A stretch of DNA of 64,000 nucleotides from Candidatus Eiseniibacteriota bacterium (GTDB lineage Bacteria; Eisenbacteria; RBG-16-71-46): contig JBBRLX010000001.1 of assembly GCA_038231135.1 (NCBI GenBank), positions 10,090 through 74,089 of the forward strand, given 5' to 3'. The notes beneath the pieces were generated by a model. It saw only the letters and a list, made by a program, of their open reading frames with translations, was not told the origin of the DNA and searched no databases. Positions 18,966 to 29,018 of this stretch are shown piece by piece. Position numbers and translations under genes: made by a program. How positions within the stretch are numbered: the stretch's first letter is position 1; every line of letters starts with the position of its first letter.

Positions 18966-18990
18966 GAAACGGACCGGCCGACCCCGCGTC
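18966..18990 (+). promoter_or_regulatory. Candidate ECF-type promoter (GAAAC - 16 nt - CGTC) upstream of the ECF sigma gene
   Basis: GAAAC at 18966-18970 and CGTC at 18987-18990, about 35 nt upstream of the ATG at 19027. The pattern resembles autoregulated ECF promoters. Confidence 0.25.
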
Positions 18991-19026
18991 CGCGGATGAC
19001 CCGGCTTTAGCGGAAAGACGGCCGCC

Positions 19027-19596
19027 ATGCCTCGCAACGACATCACACAGATCCTGCGCGACCTGCGCGGCGGTGAACGCGATGCCGTCGGGGCCCTGCT
19101 GCCGCTCGTCTACGACGAGCTGCGCGTCATGGCGCACAGGCGCCTCTCTCCGGGCGCCCGGGACGTGACTCTCGACACCACCGCCCTGGTCCACGAGGCC
19201 TATCTCCGTCTGTTCGACCGCGACCGGCTCGATTGGAAGGACCGGCGCCATTTCTTCTCGGTCGCCGCCATCGCCATGCGCCAGATCGTGGTGGACCACG
19301 CCCGCCGCCGCAGCACCACCAAGCGCGGCGGCCACCTCAGGCGGGTCGACCTCGACTCGTCGCAGCTCGCCCTCGAGGGCCAGGCCGAAGAAATTCTGGC
19401 CCTCAACGACGCACTTTCGCGTTTAGCCTTGTTGGACGAGCGACTCGCCCGCGTTGTCGAGCTCCGGTTCTTTGCCGGCCTCTCGGTGGAGGAGGTCGCC
19501 CAGGTGATGGAGACCAGCGAGCGCACCGTGAAGCGCGACTGGCGCAAGGCGTGCGCGCTGCTCTATCAGGCGATGACCGCCGAGGAGCCGAGATGA
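19027..19596 (+). CDS. ECF-subfamily sigma-70 factor (kinase-partnered type)
   Basis: The 189-aa product has region 2 (LVHEAYLRLF) and region 4 (LSVEEVAQVMETSERTVKRDW). Confidence 0.85.
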   Translation: MPRNDITQILRDLRGGERDAVGALLPLVYDELRVMAHRRLSPGARDVTLDTTALVHEAYLRLFDRDRLDWKDRRHFFSVAAIAMRQIVVDHARRRSTTKRGGHLRRVDLDSSQLALEGQAEEILALNDALSRLALLDERLARVVELRFFAGLSVEEVAQVMETSERTVKRDWRKACALLYQAMTAEEPR

Positions 19597-22500
19597 ACCT
19601 GATGCTGCACAGTGCCATCGATGTCGAGCGCTGGCATCGCATCGACTCTGTGCTGGACGTGGCGCTGGAGCTGCCGCCGCACGAGGTGGGGGCCTATCTC
19701 GACCGCGCCTGCGCCGGCAGCCCGGTGCTGCGCGCCGAGGTCGAGGAGCTGCTCGAAGCCGACCGGCGCGCGGCCGGGTTCCTGTCGGTGCCGCCGGCGC
19801 TGGTCGCGGATGCCTTCGCGGACGATGGCCGGACGGCCGGAGCCGGCGCCAATCCGACGCCGGATTCCGCGGCCCAGGATGCCGCGCCGCCCGCACGCCT
19901 CGGTCGCTACGGGATTCTCGACGAGCTGGGCCGCGGCGGCATGGGGATCGTCTACCGCGGATTCGACGAGACGCTCGGGCGGGAGGTGGCGATCAAGGTG
20001 TTGCCTGCCGCGGTAGCGGAGGACCCGGAGCGGCTGGGACTGTTCCTGCGCGAGGCCAAGCTGCTGGGCGCCCTCCACCACCCGAACATCGCGGGCATCC
20101 GCGGCATCGAGCAGGCCGCGGGGCGTCGCTATCTGATCCTCGAGAAAATCGATGGCTGGACCCTGGCCGACCGGATGCGCGCGGGCCCGCTGCCGGTCGC
20201 GGCCGGGCTGGATGCCCTGGCCCAGGTCGCGAGCGCGCTCGCCGCCGCCCACGCCTATGGCATCGTGCATCGCGATCTCAAGCCCGGCAACATCATGATC
20301 ACACCCCGCGGGCTCGTGAAGGTGCTCGACTTCGGTCTCGCGATGCACGTGTCGGATCACCATGCCGCCCGGCGCGGCGCAGCCGCCGGGGAGGGAGCGT
20401 CCGGTTCGCCGCCGGCCGGGGCGCGGCGCGGCACACCCGGGTACATGAGTCCCGAGCAGGTCCTGGGCCGGCCCCAGGATGAGCGCGCCGATCTGTTCGC
20501 GTTCGGGGCGGTGCTCTATCACGCCCTCGCCGGCGAGCGGGCGTTCCGCGGAGGATCGGTGTACGCCGTGCTCGACGCGACCCTCCACGCGTCACCCGAC
20601 TTCACGCGGATTCCTGAGGAAACGCCGGCGCCGGTGCGCGAACTGCTCGCGAGGCTCCTGGAGAAGGATCCCGCGCGTCGGCCCGCGGATGCCTCGGAAG
20701 TCGCGGCCATGCTGGCCCGGGGCGCCCGCGGCGAGTCGCCCGTTGCTGCGGCGCGCGATTCGCGGGCGCACGGATGGGCCGGAAACGCAGGAGCGGCGAG
20801 CTCGTGGTCACCTCAGGATTCCCGCGCCGAGGGCTGGCCCGAGCCGGCGACGCCCCTGATCGGACGCGAGCGCGAGATCACGGAGACCCTGGAACTGCTC
20901 GAGCGCGCGCCAATCGTGACACTCACCGGTACGGGCGGCTGCGGCAAGAGCCGCGTCGCCCTCGAGGTCGCGCGTTCGGCGCGTGGCCGCGTGGCGCGGG
21001 ACCGCGCGCCCGGCGGCGGGCCCGCGAGCGCGTCAGGCACCGGTGCGCGTCCCGTGTGGTACGCCGATGTGTCCTCGGCGACGGACCTGGCCGCCATCGC
21101 GGCGGCCATCGCCGCCGCGGCCAGGCTGCGCGACCCCGCCGAGACCGGACTCCCCGACGCCCTGGCCGGGCGGCTCGGCGAGCACGGCGGGCTGCTCGTG
21201 CTCGACAACGTGGACCGGGTGCCCGCCGAGTGCGCGGCGCTGGCGGGCCGGTTGCTCTCCGCCGCGGCGGGACTGCGCATCCTGGCCACCTGCCGCGAGC
21301 GCCTCGGCATCGGGGGCGAGCAGACGTTTGCAATCGCACCGCTCGCAGTGCCCGACGCCGACACGCCCGCGCGCCGCGATGCGGTGCTTGCGTTCGCGTC
21401 CGCCCGGCTGTTCGAAGCGTGTGCCGCGACGCTGCCCGGCGGCTTCGAGATCACCGACACGAACGCCGCGCGCGTCACGGCACTGTGCCGCGACCTGGAC
21501 GGCGTGCCGCTCGCGATCGAGTTGACCGCGGCGCTGCTGCGCCACCAGAGCCTGGAGGCTATCGTCTCCGAGGTGGCGCACGCCGCCGGCGGCCAGGATC
21601 CGCTGCAGGGCGCTCTCGCGCTCGGGTATCGGCGGCTCGCCGCCGACGAGCGCCGGTTCCTCCGCGCGCTCTCGGTGTTCACCGGAGGCTGGAATCTGGA
21701 GGCCGCCGCCGCGGTATGCGAAGTGGATCGTGACGAATTCGTGGCGCTCGACTTCCTGACGCGGCTTATCGACAAGTCGCTCGTCACGGTGCAGTGCGCC
21801 GATCGCATCGAGCCCCGCTACCGGCTGCTCGAGCCGATTCGCCACTTCGCCGCGACCCAGGCCGGGCTCGCGCAAGAATCACACGCTCTGCGGGCGCGCC
21901 ACCTGGACTGGTTCGTGGAGCAGGTCGAGCGCACGTCGCCCGCACTCCAGAGCGGCGCCGATCAGGCGCGTGCCCTCGCCCGGCTCGAAGCCGATCATCC
22001 CAACCTGCTGGCCGCGCTGGCCTCGTGCGAGGACACCGCGGACGGCTCCCGCCAGGCGTTGAGGCTGGCCGGGTCGGTGTGGCTGTTCTGGTACATACGC
22101 GGCCACTTCACACGCGGCCGCGAAGCGCTGGCAAGAGCACTCGCCCTGCCCAGCGCCCCGACGCTGGCGCCGGCGCGCGCCCAGGCCATGTACGCCGCGG
22201 GCGGGCTCGCGCTGTTCCAGGGCGACTACGCGGAAGGGCGGCGCCTGAGCCGTGCGGCGATCGAACTCTATGAGCAGCTCCACGACTCGCTGGGTCTCGC
22301 GCGATCGCTGGTACATCTCGGCCTGTGCGAAAGCGGTGAGCAGCGTTATGCCGAGGCTCGCGACCACACCCGGCGAGCCATCGAGATGTTCCGTGGGCTG
22401 GGCGAGGAGCGGCGCCTGTCGGTGGCGCTCAACAACCTCGGGGTGTTCGAGCGCCAGCAGGGCGACTTCGCCGCGGCGTTTCCCCATCACGAGGAGGCCC

Positions 22501-22946
22501 TCGCATTGCTCGAGCAGGCCGGCGACCAGGATGGCATGCTCGTGACGCGCGTGAATCTCGCCCTCGCCTCCACGCGGCTCTGCCGCGAGGCGATCGCCGG
22601 GCGGCACATCGACGCCGCGCTGGAGCTGGTGCAGGAGCTCAAGGCCCGGCGGTCCGGCGCTGCCGCGCTCGAGGTGGCAGCCGAAGTGCTGGCGAACCGC
22701 GGACTCACCGCCGAGGCCACGCGACTGTTGGGCACCGCGCGGGCGCTGCGAGCCGCGATCGGCCTCGCGCCCGATGCCGGTTGGCGCCGGGTGCTGGACC
22801 CGCTCGCGGTGCGATTGCAGGCGGGATCCGGCTCGGAACGGTTCGAGCGGTGGATCGCGGAAGGAACGGACAGACCGTTCGAGGAGTCCGTTCGGGAGGC
22901 GCGGCGATGTCTTGTGCGCGCGACGATGCTGGAGGGGGGGGCATGA
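19593..22946 (+). CDS. Ser/Thr protein kinase fused to STAND-type NTPase and TPR repeats
   Basis: ATGA overlap with the sigma gene. The N-terminal kinase has VAIK and HRDLKPGNIM, the central region has the P-loop GTGGCGKSRVA, and C-terminal TPR-like repeats follow. Confidence 0.85.
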   Translation: MNLMLHSAIDVERWHRIDSVLDVALELPPHEVGAYLDRACAGSPVLRAEVEELLEADRRAAGFLSVPPALVADAFADDGRTAGAGANPTPDSAAQDAAPPARLGRYGILDELGRGGMGIVYRGFDETLGREVAIKVLPAAVAEDPERLGLFLREAKLLGALHHPNIAGIRGIEQAAGRRYLILEKIDGWTLADRMRAGPLPVAAGLDALAQVASALAAAHAYGIVHRDLKPGNIMITPRGLVKVLDFGLAMHVSDHHAARRGAAAGEGASGSPPAGARRGTPGYMSPEQVLGRPQDERADLFAFGAVLYHALAGERAFRGGSVYAVLDATLHASPDFTRIPEETPAPVRELLARLLEKDPARRPADASEVAAMLARGARGESPVAAARDSRAHGWAGNAGAASSWSPQDSRAEGWPEPATPLIGREREITETLELLERAPIVTLTGTGGCGKSRVALEVARSARGRVARDRAPGGGPASASGTGARPVWYADVSSATDLAAIAAAIAAAARLRDPAETGLPDALAGRLGEHGGLLVLDNVDRVPAECAALAGRLLSAAAGLRILATCRERLGIGGEQTFAIAPLAVPDADTPARRDAVLAFASARLFEACAATLPGGFEITDTNAARVTALCRDLDGVPLAIELTAALLRHQSLEAIVSEVAHAAGGQDPLQGALALGYRRLAADERRFLRALSVFTGGWNLEAAAAVCEVDRDEFVALDFLTRLIDKSLVTVQCADRIEPRYRLLEPIRHFAATQAGLAQESHALRARHLDWFVEQVERTSPALQSGADQARALARLEADHPNLLAALASCEDTADGSRQALRLAGSVWLFWYIRGHFTRGREALARALALPSAPTLAPARAQAMYAAGGLALFQGDYAEGRRLSRAAIELYEQLHDSLGLARSLVHLGLCESGEQRYAEARDHTRRAIEMFRGLGEERRLSVALNNLGVFERQQGDFAAAFPHHEEALALLEQAGDQDGMLVTRVNLALASTRLCREAIAGRHIDAALELVQELKARRSGAAALEVAAEVLANRGLTAEATRLLGTARALRAAIGLAPDAGWRRVLDPLAVRLQAGSGSERFERWIAEGTDRPFEESVREARRCLVRATMLEGGA

Positions 22947-24379
22947 CCACCACGCTGCTTGAGCGCGCCCTGCGCACGATCGACATGGGCCGGGCCGCAT
23001 TCATACTCGTCGCTGCGTCGCTGATCGTCGCCGGCTTCGAGGCGCCCCCGGCGTTCGCACGCGACCTCTGCCCGGGGTGCCAGGCCGAGAACGATACCTC
23101 GTCTTCACCGGGCAACATCGGGAGCCCGCGCTGGCCGGTGGACCGGGCGGTCACGCCGCCCATCGTGTTCGTGGCGAAGGACTCGGAGGTGCATTGTGCG
23201 CTCCCCGCCGGCGATACCTGGATCATCGAGACCGTCGATCCCATCCCCGGCGCAGGCGGGTGCTCGATCACGCTCGACGACGCGCACGATCCCCTGATCG
23301 CCTATCACGACCGGAACGGCATGCTATTCTGGTCGCGTCGGCTGTCCTCCGGCTGGACGAAGGTTCCCATCGACCGCGGCAGCTTCGTTCCGGGCTCGAC
23401 CTCGATTGCCCGGGTGCCCGCGGGGCTCGCGATCGCCTACGTGGATGCCGCCGCCGGAATTCTTCGCTACGCCGAGCAGGACGCCAGCGGGGCATGGCAC
23501 ATCGAGAGCGTGGCGCCGGCCATCGGCGTCGAGGCATACCCGTCGCTCGTGGTCGACGGGAGCCTGCGGGCGATCAGCTACTACGACCCCGCGCGCCACG
23601 ATCTGCGGCTGGCCTTGCGCACGATCGTGGGTGGGTGGACCACGCAGACGATCGACAACTCCGCCGACGTGGGCGGCTACAGCAGCCTGGTCGGGCAGCC
23701 GTCGCAAGGCGTCGTCGGCGTGGCGTATTACGACTTCACGCACGGCGACCTGCGCTACGCCCACGGCAGCCCCGGCGGAGGATTTACCGTCCAGACGGTC
23801 GATGCCGGCGGCGACGTGGGCCGGTTCTGCTCGGCCGTCGCGTTCGCCGGGACCGCCCAGGATCATGTCGGGATCACCTATTACGACCGGGACCACGGCG
23901 ATCTCAAGTACGCGCTCCTGCAGGGCGAAACGTGGTCGCTCCTGACGCTCGACGCGGCGGGGGACGTGGGGAGACATGCGAGTTGTGGCGGAACGCTCGT
24001 TCCCGGAGACACCCTGGGAGTCGCCTACGTCGACAACGGCACGGGTACGCTCAAGTATCTGCTGCGCACGCGTAACGTGACGGCGGTGCCGGCGCCACCC
24101 GTGCCGCACGGCGCCATGCACGTCACCTGGGAGCGGACGAGCGCCGGGGGCCGGATTCGATTCAACCTGGCGTCTGCGGGGCCGGTGCGCGTCACGATCT
24201 ACGATGCGCAGGGTCGCCGGATCGCCGCCCCGTTCACGCACGAGTTGCCGGTGGGTGCCGCGGAGGTCGATTGGAACGGGCGGGATAGCCAGGGTCTGGC
24301 GGTGCGTTCCGGCGTGTGCTTCGTGCGCGTGGCGGCGGGCGGGGAGTCCGGAGTGGCGGCGGCGGTGCTGGTAAGGTAG
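22943..24379 (+). CDS. Secreted beta-propeller-like repeat protein with C-terminal FlgD-Ig/T9SS-like domain
   Basis: ATGA overlap with the kinase. Repeated YYD...GDLRYA blades are followed by a C-terminal ~80-aa domain shared with five other proteins in the window. Confidence 0.7.
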   Translation: MTTTLLERALRTIDMGRAAFILVAASLIVAGFEAPPAFARDLCPGCQAENDTSSSPGNIGSPRWPVDRAVTPPIVFVAKDSEVHCALPAGDTWIIETVDPIPGAGGCSITLDDAHDPLIAYHDRNGMLFWSRRLSSGWTKVPIDRGSFVPGSTSIARVPAGLAIAYVDAAAGILRYAEQDASGAWHIESVAPAIGVEAYPSLVVDGSLRAISYYDPARHDLRLALRTIVGGWTTQTIDNSADVGGYSSLVGQPSQGVVGVAYYDFTHGDLRYAHGSPGGGFTVQTVDAGGDVGRFCSAVAFAGTAQDHVGITYYDRDHGDLKYALLQGETWSLLTLDAAGDVGRHASCGGTLVPGDTLGVAYVDNGTGTLKYLLRTRNVTAVPAPPVPHGAMHVTWERTSAGGRIRFNLASAGPVRVTIYDAQGRRIAAPFTHELPVGAAEVDWNGRDSQGLAVRSGVCFVRVAAGGESGVAAAVLVR

Positions 24380-24506
24380 AACCGCGGAGGGGGACTGGCC
24401 CCGGATCCGGAAGCGTGGTGAAATGCGGTGGTCATCCCGCATGCTCATCGCCGCCCACGATCACAACCGCCACCGTCCCTGCTGCCCTGAACAGGAGTCC
24501 ACGTCG

Positions 24507-26564
24507 ATGAAGCCGTCCCTCCGTTCGATCGCTGCGCTTGCCTTGTGTGCCGGCGCCGTTTGCGCCGCCGCCGCTGCTCCCAAGCCCGCCCACCCGGCCG
24601 CGGGATCCGACGTGCTCGCCGCGCACCGCAATACCGCGGTGAGTCCGGCCGCCGACTTCTTCGAATACTCGAACGGACTGTGGCTGCAGCAGCATCCGAT
24701 TCCCGCCTCCGAGAACTCGTGGGGCATCGGGCGCGAGGTGCAGAACGAGACTTACGCCCGCCTGCTCACGATCAGCCAGTCGGCCGCGGGGGCACACGCC
24801 GCGCCCGGGACCGAAGCCCAGAAGATCGGCGACTTCTGGGCGACCGCCACGGACTCGGTGCTTGGAGAGCATGTGGGCCTGGTACCCCTGCGTTCCGAAC
24901 TGGACCGCATCGACGCGGTGCGCGACGTCGCCGGCATCCTCGATGCCACCTTCGCGCAACTGCCGCTGGGAACCGGAGCGTTCTTCGGGCTGCGCGTGGG
25001 GCAGGACCAGAAGGCCAGCGACGTGATCGCGGTTGGGCTGGGCCAGGGCGGCCTCGGCTTGCCGGACCGCGATTTCTACTTCAAGCCCGATTCGAACTCG
25101 ATGCGCGTCCGCGCCGCCTACCCCGGTCATGTGCAGAAGATGCTCGAGCTGGCGACGCCCGCCGCAGCCGCGCGTCGCGGCGCGGGCACCGCGGTCGTCG
25201 CGTTCGAGACCGCGCTGGCCCGCGTCTCGCGCACCCGTGCCGACCGCCGCGACCCCGAGAAGAACTACAACAAGCTGGGCGTCGGCGACGTCACCGCGAA
25301 GCTCACGCCGTCCGTCGACTGGTCGAGCCGCCTGCCGGCGTTGGGGCTCACGAACGTGACCTACATCATCGTGGGGCAGCCGGAGTTCTACACTGCGCTC
25401 GACAGCCTGCTGCACGCCACGCCGGTCGAGGTGCTCAAGGACTACATGCGCTACCACCTGGTCTCGGCGTACGCCGACTACCTGGGCGGAGCCGTGGAGG
25501 CCGAGGACTTCGCGTTCTACGGCACGATCCTGTCGGGCCAGCAGGTGCAGCGGCCGCGCTGGAAGCGCGCGCTCGACGCCGAGGAGAACGCCCTCGGCAT
25601 GGTGCTCGGCAAGTTGTACGTGAAGGAGTACTTCTCGCCGCAGGCCAAGGAGCGGTACAGCCGGATGGTCGAGGACATTCGAACCGCGTATCGCGATCGC
25701 ATCGGCCGGCTCGACTGGATGAGCGACGCCACCAAGCAGAAGGCGCTCGACAAGCTGGCAAAGGTCGGCAAGAAGGTCGGCTACCCCGACAAGTGGAAGG
25801 ACTATTCGGCGCTCACGATCGGGCGCGAGTCCTGGGCGGCGAACATGATGAGCGCGTCGCGCTGGCAGTTCGCCGACCGCGTCTCGAAGTTCGGCAAACC
25901 GGTGGATCGGACCGAGTGGAACATGACGCCGCAGACCTACAACGCCTACTACAGCCCGTCCAACAACGAGATCGTGCTGCCGGCCGCCGCATTCGCGATT
26001 CCGGGTGTGTCCGACGCCAACGCCGATGACGCGATGACCTACGGATACGCGGCGGCGTCGACGATCGGCCACGAGATCACGCACGGGTTCGACGACCAGG
26101 GCCGGCAGTACGACGCCAGCGGCAACCTGAAGAGTTGGTGGACGCCCGAGGATGAGACCAGGTTCAAGGCCCGCGCCCAGCGCATCATCGACCAGTTCGA
26201 CGCCTACGAGCCGCTCCCCGGGATGCACATCAACGGCCGGGCGTCGACCGGCGAGAACATCGCGGATCTCGGCGGCGTCCTGCTCGGTCTCGACGCGTTC
26301 AAGAAGACCGCGCAGTACAAGGAGGGTGAATCGATCGCCGGGCTGACGCCGACCCAGCGATTCTTCCTGGGCTATGCGCTGAGCTGGATGGACCAGACGC
26401 GCCGGGAGATGCTGGCCCAGCGGCTGCTGTCCGACGTTCACGCGCCGGCCAAGTGGCGCGTGCTGGGGCCGCTCGCGAACGTTCCCGAGTTCTACGCGGC
26501 ATTCGGCGTCAAGCCCGGGGATCCAATGTGGCGGCCGGACAGTACGCGCGTCAGCATCTGGTAG
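24507..26564 (+). CDS. M13-family zinc metalloendopeptidase (neprilysin/PepO-like)
   Basis: The ATG at 24507 follows AGGAG. The product has a signal peptide, the HEITHGFD zinc motif and ENIADLGG. Confidence 0.85.
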   Translation: MKPSLRSIAALALCAGAVCAAAAAPKPAHPAAGSDVLAAHRNTAVSPAADFFEYSNGLWLQQHPIPASENSWGIGREVQNETYARLLTISQSAAGAHAAPGTEAQKIGDFWATATDSVLGEHVGLVPLRSELDRIDAVRDVAGILDATFAQLPLGTGAFFGLRVGQDQKASDVIAVGLGQGGLGLPDRDFYFKPDSNSMRVRAAYPGHVQKMLELATPAAAARRGAGTAVVAFETALARVSRTRADRRDPEKNYNKLGVGDVTAKLTPSVDWSSRLPALGLTNVTYIIVGQPEFYTALDSLLHATPVEVLKDYMRYHLVSAYADYLGGAVEAEDFAFYGTILSGQQVQRPRWKRALDAEENALGMVLGKLYVKEYFSPQAKERYSRMVEDIRTAYRDRIGRLDWMSDATKQKALDKLAKVGKKVGYPDKWKDYSALTIGRESWAANMMSASRWQFADRVSKFGKPVDRTEWNMTPQTYNAYYSPSNNEIVLPAAAFAIPGVSDANADDAMTYGYAAASTIGHEITHGFDDQGRQYDASGNLKSWWTPEDETRFKARAQRIIDQFDAYEPLPGMHINGRASTGENIADLGGVLLGLDAFKKTAQYKEGESIAGLTPTQRFFLGYALSWMDQTRREMLAQRLLSDVHAPAKWRVLGPLANVPEFYAAFGVKPGDPMWRPDSTRVSIW

Positions 26565-26630
26565 AAGGCGCGGCGGCAGCGCATTGAGCTGCATACCACG
26601 GCTTATCGGCGCCGGCGCCCGAGCGCGTCG

Positions 26631-27731
26631 CTATCGGCCCATCAGGTGTGGCAGCGGATCGGCGAGCAGGTAGGGCCAGATCGTCTCGTGCGGAGCGACG
26701 AACCCGCTGCCCAGCGGCCACCGGCAGCACGCGCGCAGCGATGACCTCGCCTGGAGGAATCGCTGCGCGCGCGGGCGTGGCGGCGCGAAGTCGATGCCGA
26801 GCGCCGCGAGGCATGCGAGCTGCGGGAAGTCGACGCCCGCCGCGTGGGACGCCAGCAGGCTCGACCAGTACCGTGGATTGATTTCGAGCACGGACAGGCT
26901 GCCGTCGCGCTCGTCCACGCGCAGGTCGACGTTCGCGATGCCCGACCAGCCGAGTGCCGCAACCAGGCGGCGAACGAGCTTCGACGCTTCCGGATGATCG
27001 AGCATCTCGAGCTGCGTTGGCGTCGAGAAGCCCCTCGCGGCGCCGATCGACTGTTGAACCGTCTGCGCGAGCACCACTCCATCACGGCACAGCACGCTCG
27101 AGCCCATGTCGCGGCCAGGGACGAACTCCTGGACCACGAATCGATGTGCCATTTCCGGATGGGCTTCGAGGAAGCGCAGGAGGGAGTCGGGATCCGCGAA
27201 CGTACGAATGCCGTAGCCGCCGGTCATGAGCCGCGGCTTGATCAGCACGGGGAAGGCTCCAAGTTGCCGCTGGAATGCCGCGTCGGCCGTGTACAGCAGC
27301 GTCGGCGGATGCGGAATGGCGGCGTCGCGGAGGATCTCGACGAGACGCCACTTGTCGTCGATCGCGAGCGTGCCCTCGAAGGGAGCCAGTGCGACGCGGC
27401 CACGCAGCTCATCGCCTCTGGCCTGGAGGAGCCGCATGCCGGTCTGGCAGACCGGCAGCACCACGTCGGCCCGAACGCGATCGATCAGCGTCCGCACGAC
27501 ATCGAAGCGCGCTTCCGGCTCGCCCGGGGGCATGACGGTGAACGATGCGCAGTACCGCGACCAGTGCACCCGCGCCCTGGCATCGTTCGCGACGACATGG
27601 ACGCGATGCCGCCGATGCCGCCCGAGACAGGTGGCGACGGGGAGTGCGAAGTGACTCTCGCCGTCAGGGATGACGATGACGATCTCGCTGGCATCGGGTC
27701 GCGCGTGCAGCAGTGGCTCGGGCATCAACAT
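26631..27731 (-). CDS. ATP-grasp ligase-family protein
   Basis: ATP-grasp blocks are present (FPVLIKPRLMTGGYGIRTF, VVQEFVPGRDMGSSVL, VLEINPRYWSS). It is the last gene of a same-strand cluster with a papain-like peptidase and a repeat peptide. Confidence 0.75.
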   Translation of the reverse strand: MLMPEPLLHARPDASEIVIVIPDGESHFALPVATCLGRHRRHRVHVVANDARARVHWSRYCASFTVMPPGEPEARFDVVRTLIDRVRADVVLPVCQTGMRLLQARGDELRGRVALAPFEGTLAIDDKWRLVEILRDAAIPHPPTLLYTADAAFQRQLGAFPVLIKPRLMTGGYGIRTFADPDSLLRFLEAHPEMAHRFVVQEFVPGRDMGSSVLCRDGVVLAQTVQQSIGAARGFSTPTQLEMLDHPEASKLVRRLVAALGWSGIANVDLRVDERDGSLSVLEINPRYWSSLLASHAAGVDFPQLACLAALGIDFAPPRPRAQRFLQARSSLRACCRWPLGSGFVAPHETIWPYLLADPLPHLMGR

Positions 27732-27835
27732 GTCGTCGTTATCGGCACGCGGATCGCGCGACAGCGGGGAAACATCGTCGGCGGGAGAGGCACGCCGGCG
27801 CTCCCCATAGCCGGCGCTTCGTGACAAAGCTCAGG

Positions 27836-28402
27836 TCACGGCAGGAGCGGGTCTCGCGGTGCGGCCGCTCTTGCCGCAGCGACCGGCTGGAGCGATGCGA
27901 GGTAGGCTCTTGCATCCTGGACCACGGGTGGCCCGAGCGTTTCGGAGAACAGGTCGAAGGGAACGACCTGGGCGTTTCCGCCCGGGGAATTCGCGCGCAG
28001 GTAGAACGCCTCGACGAACAGGCTGGGCATGATGAGCAGGTTGAGTGTGTAGCCTCCATGCGCCAGCTCCGGCAGCGCGCCCATTTGCTGGATGCGCCTC
28101 CAACCCCATTCCGCCCATTCGCCGTCGAGCATGTTGCGGAACCTGGCGTTCCCATAGTCCCTGGGATTCGTCATCTCACACGATACCGTGCCGATAGGAG
28201 GCGGATAGCTTGCGTAGAAGCGACATCCGGAGGGCGCTTCGGCGGCGGTCCCGAGCGATCGCACCACGGCGTCGAGAGGTATCGCGTACACGGGCACGTG
28301 CACGGCGCTGTCATCCGGTGGCGGCGTTCCGACGAGGTCGAGGAATCCGTCCCGGTAGGTTTGGAGCACTTGCGGCGATGGCGTCACGAACTCGAGCGGC
28401 AT
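27836..28402 (-). CDS. Hypothetical protein, family not recognised
   Basis: The 188-aa product has a balanced composition. Its start lies 1 nt after the stop of the upstream peptidase gene. Confidence 0.5.
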   Translation of the reverse strand: MPLEFVTPSPQVLQTYRDGFLDLVGTPPPDDSAVHVPVYAIPLDAVVRSLGTAAEAPSGCRFYASYPPPIGTVSCEMTNPRDYGNARFRNMLDGEWAEWGWRRIQQMGALPELAHGGYTLNLLIMPSLFVEAFYLRANSPGGNAQVVPFDLFSETLGPPVVQDARAYLASLQPVAAARAAAPRDPLLP

Positions 28403-28403
28403 G

Positions 28404-28997
28404 TCAGCGCTTTCCCGCGGGGGGCTTCACCAGGAACGAGTACGCCCACACGCCCTGTCCATCCTGGTAGCCACCCTCGTCCCCGCTCTGCGAGGCGAAT
28501 ACTTGGTAGGGATGGTGGGAGCGTGACGAGGGGTAAAGCGGGTTGCGGACGAATACGTATGGGGTTCCCCGCGCGGACACCGAGTAACCCACGATTATGA
28601 TGAAGTGACCGCGCCCGTCGTCCCGCCAGCGGATGAGCACACAAATCGGGCGGCCGGCGTCGATCTCGGTGGAGATCACGCTGAACGCCACCGGACCTTT
28701 GACCCACTTGTTGTCGTGCGTCCCCGGCGGCTGAGCCAGAACCTCCATGCGTTCGAGGACCTTGTGCAGGTAGCCGGGCCGGTTACACTTCGAACCCCAG
28801 CCCGCCCCGGCACGCCCGTCCTCGCAGCAGCTCTCCTTGAATTGTTTGCCGACGATCTCGCACTGCGATTCGGGGGCGAGCCCGAAGTGAAGGGCGACTC
28901 CTTGCGACACCGCGGCCCAGCACCATTCCGATGCCTGCTGCTTCGGGAGCCGCAGGTCGAGCGGTTTGGATCTCGGCGTTTCGGGATCGGACTTCAT
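28404..28997 (-). CDS. Papain-fold / C39-like cysteine peptidase
   Basis: The product carries Q...SEWCWAAVSQGVALHFG (Gln oxyanion plus Cys nucleophile) and GHFIIIVGY (His), the catalytic arrangement of C39-like peptidases. Confidence 0.6.
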   Translation of the reverse strand: MKSDPETPRSKPLDLRLPKQQASEWCWAAVSQGVALHFGLAPESQCEIVGKQFKESCCEDGRAGAGWGSKCNRPGYLHKVLERMEVLAQPPGTHDNKWVKGPVAFSVISTEIDAGRPICVLIRWRDDGRGHFIIIVGYSVSARGTPYVFVRNPLYPSSRSHHPYQVFASQSGDEGGYQDGQGVWAYSFLVKPPAGKR

Positions 28998-29018
28998 GGA
29001 TCGATGCCGATGGACGGC

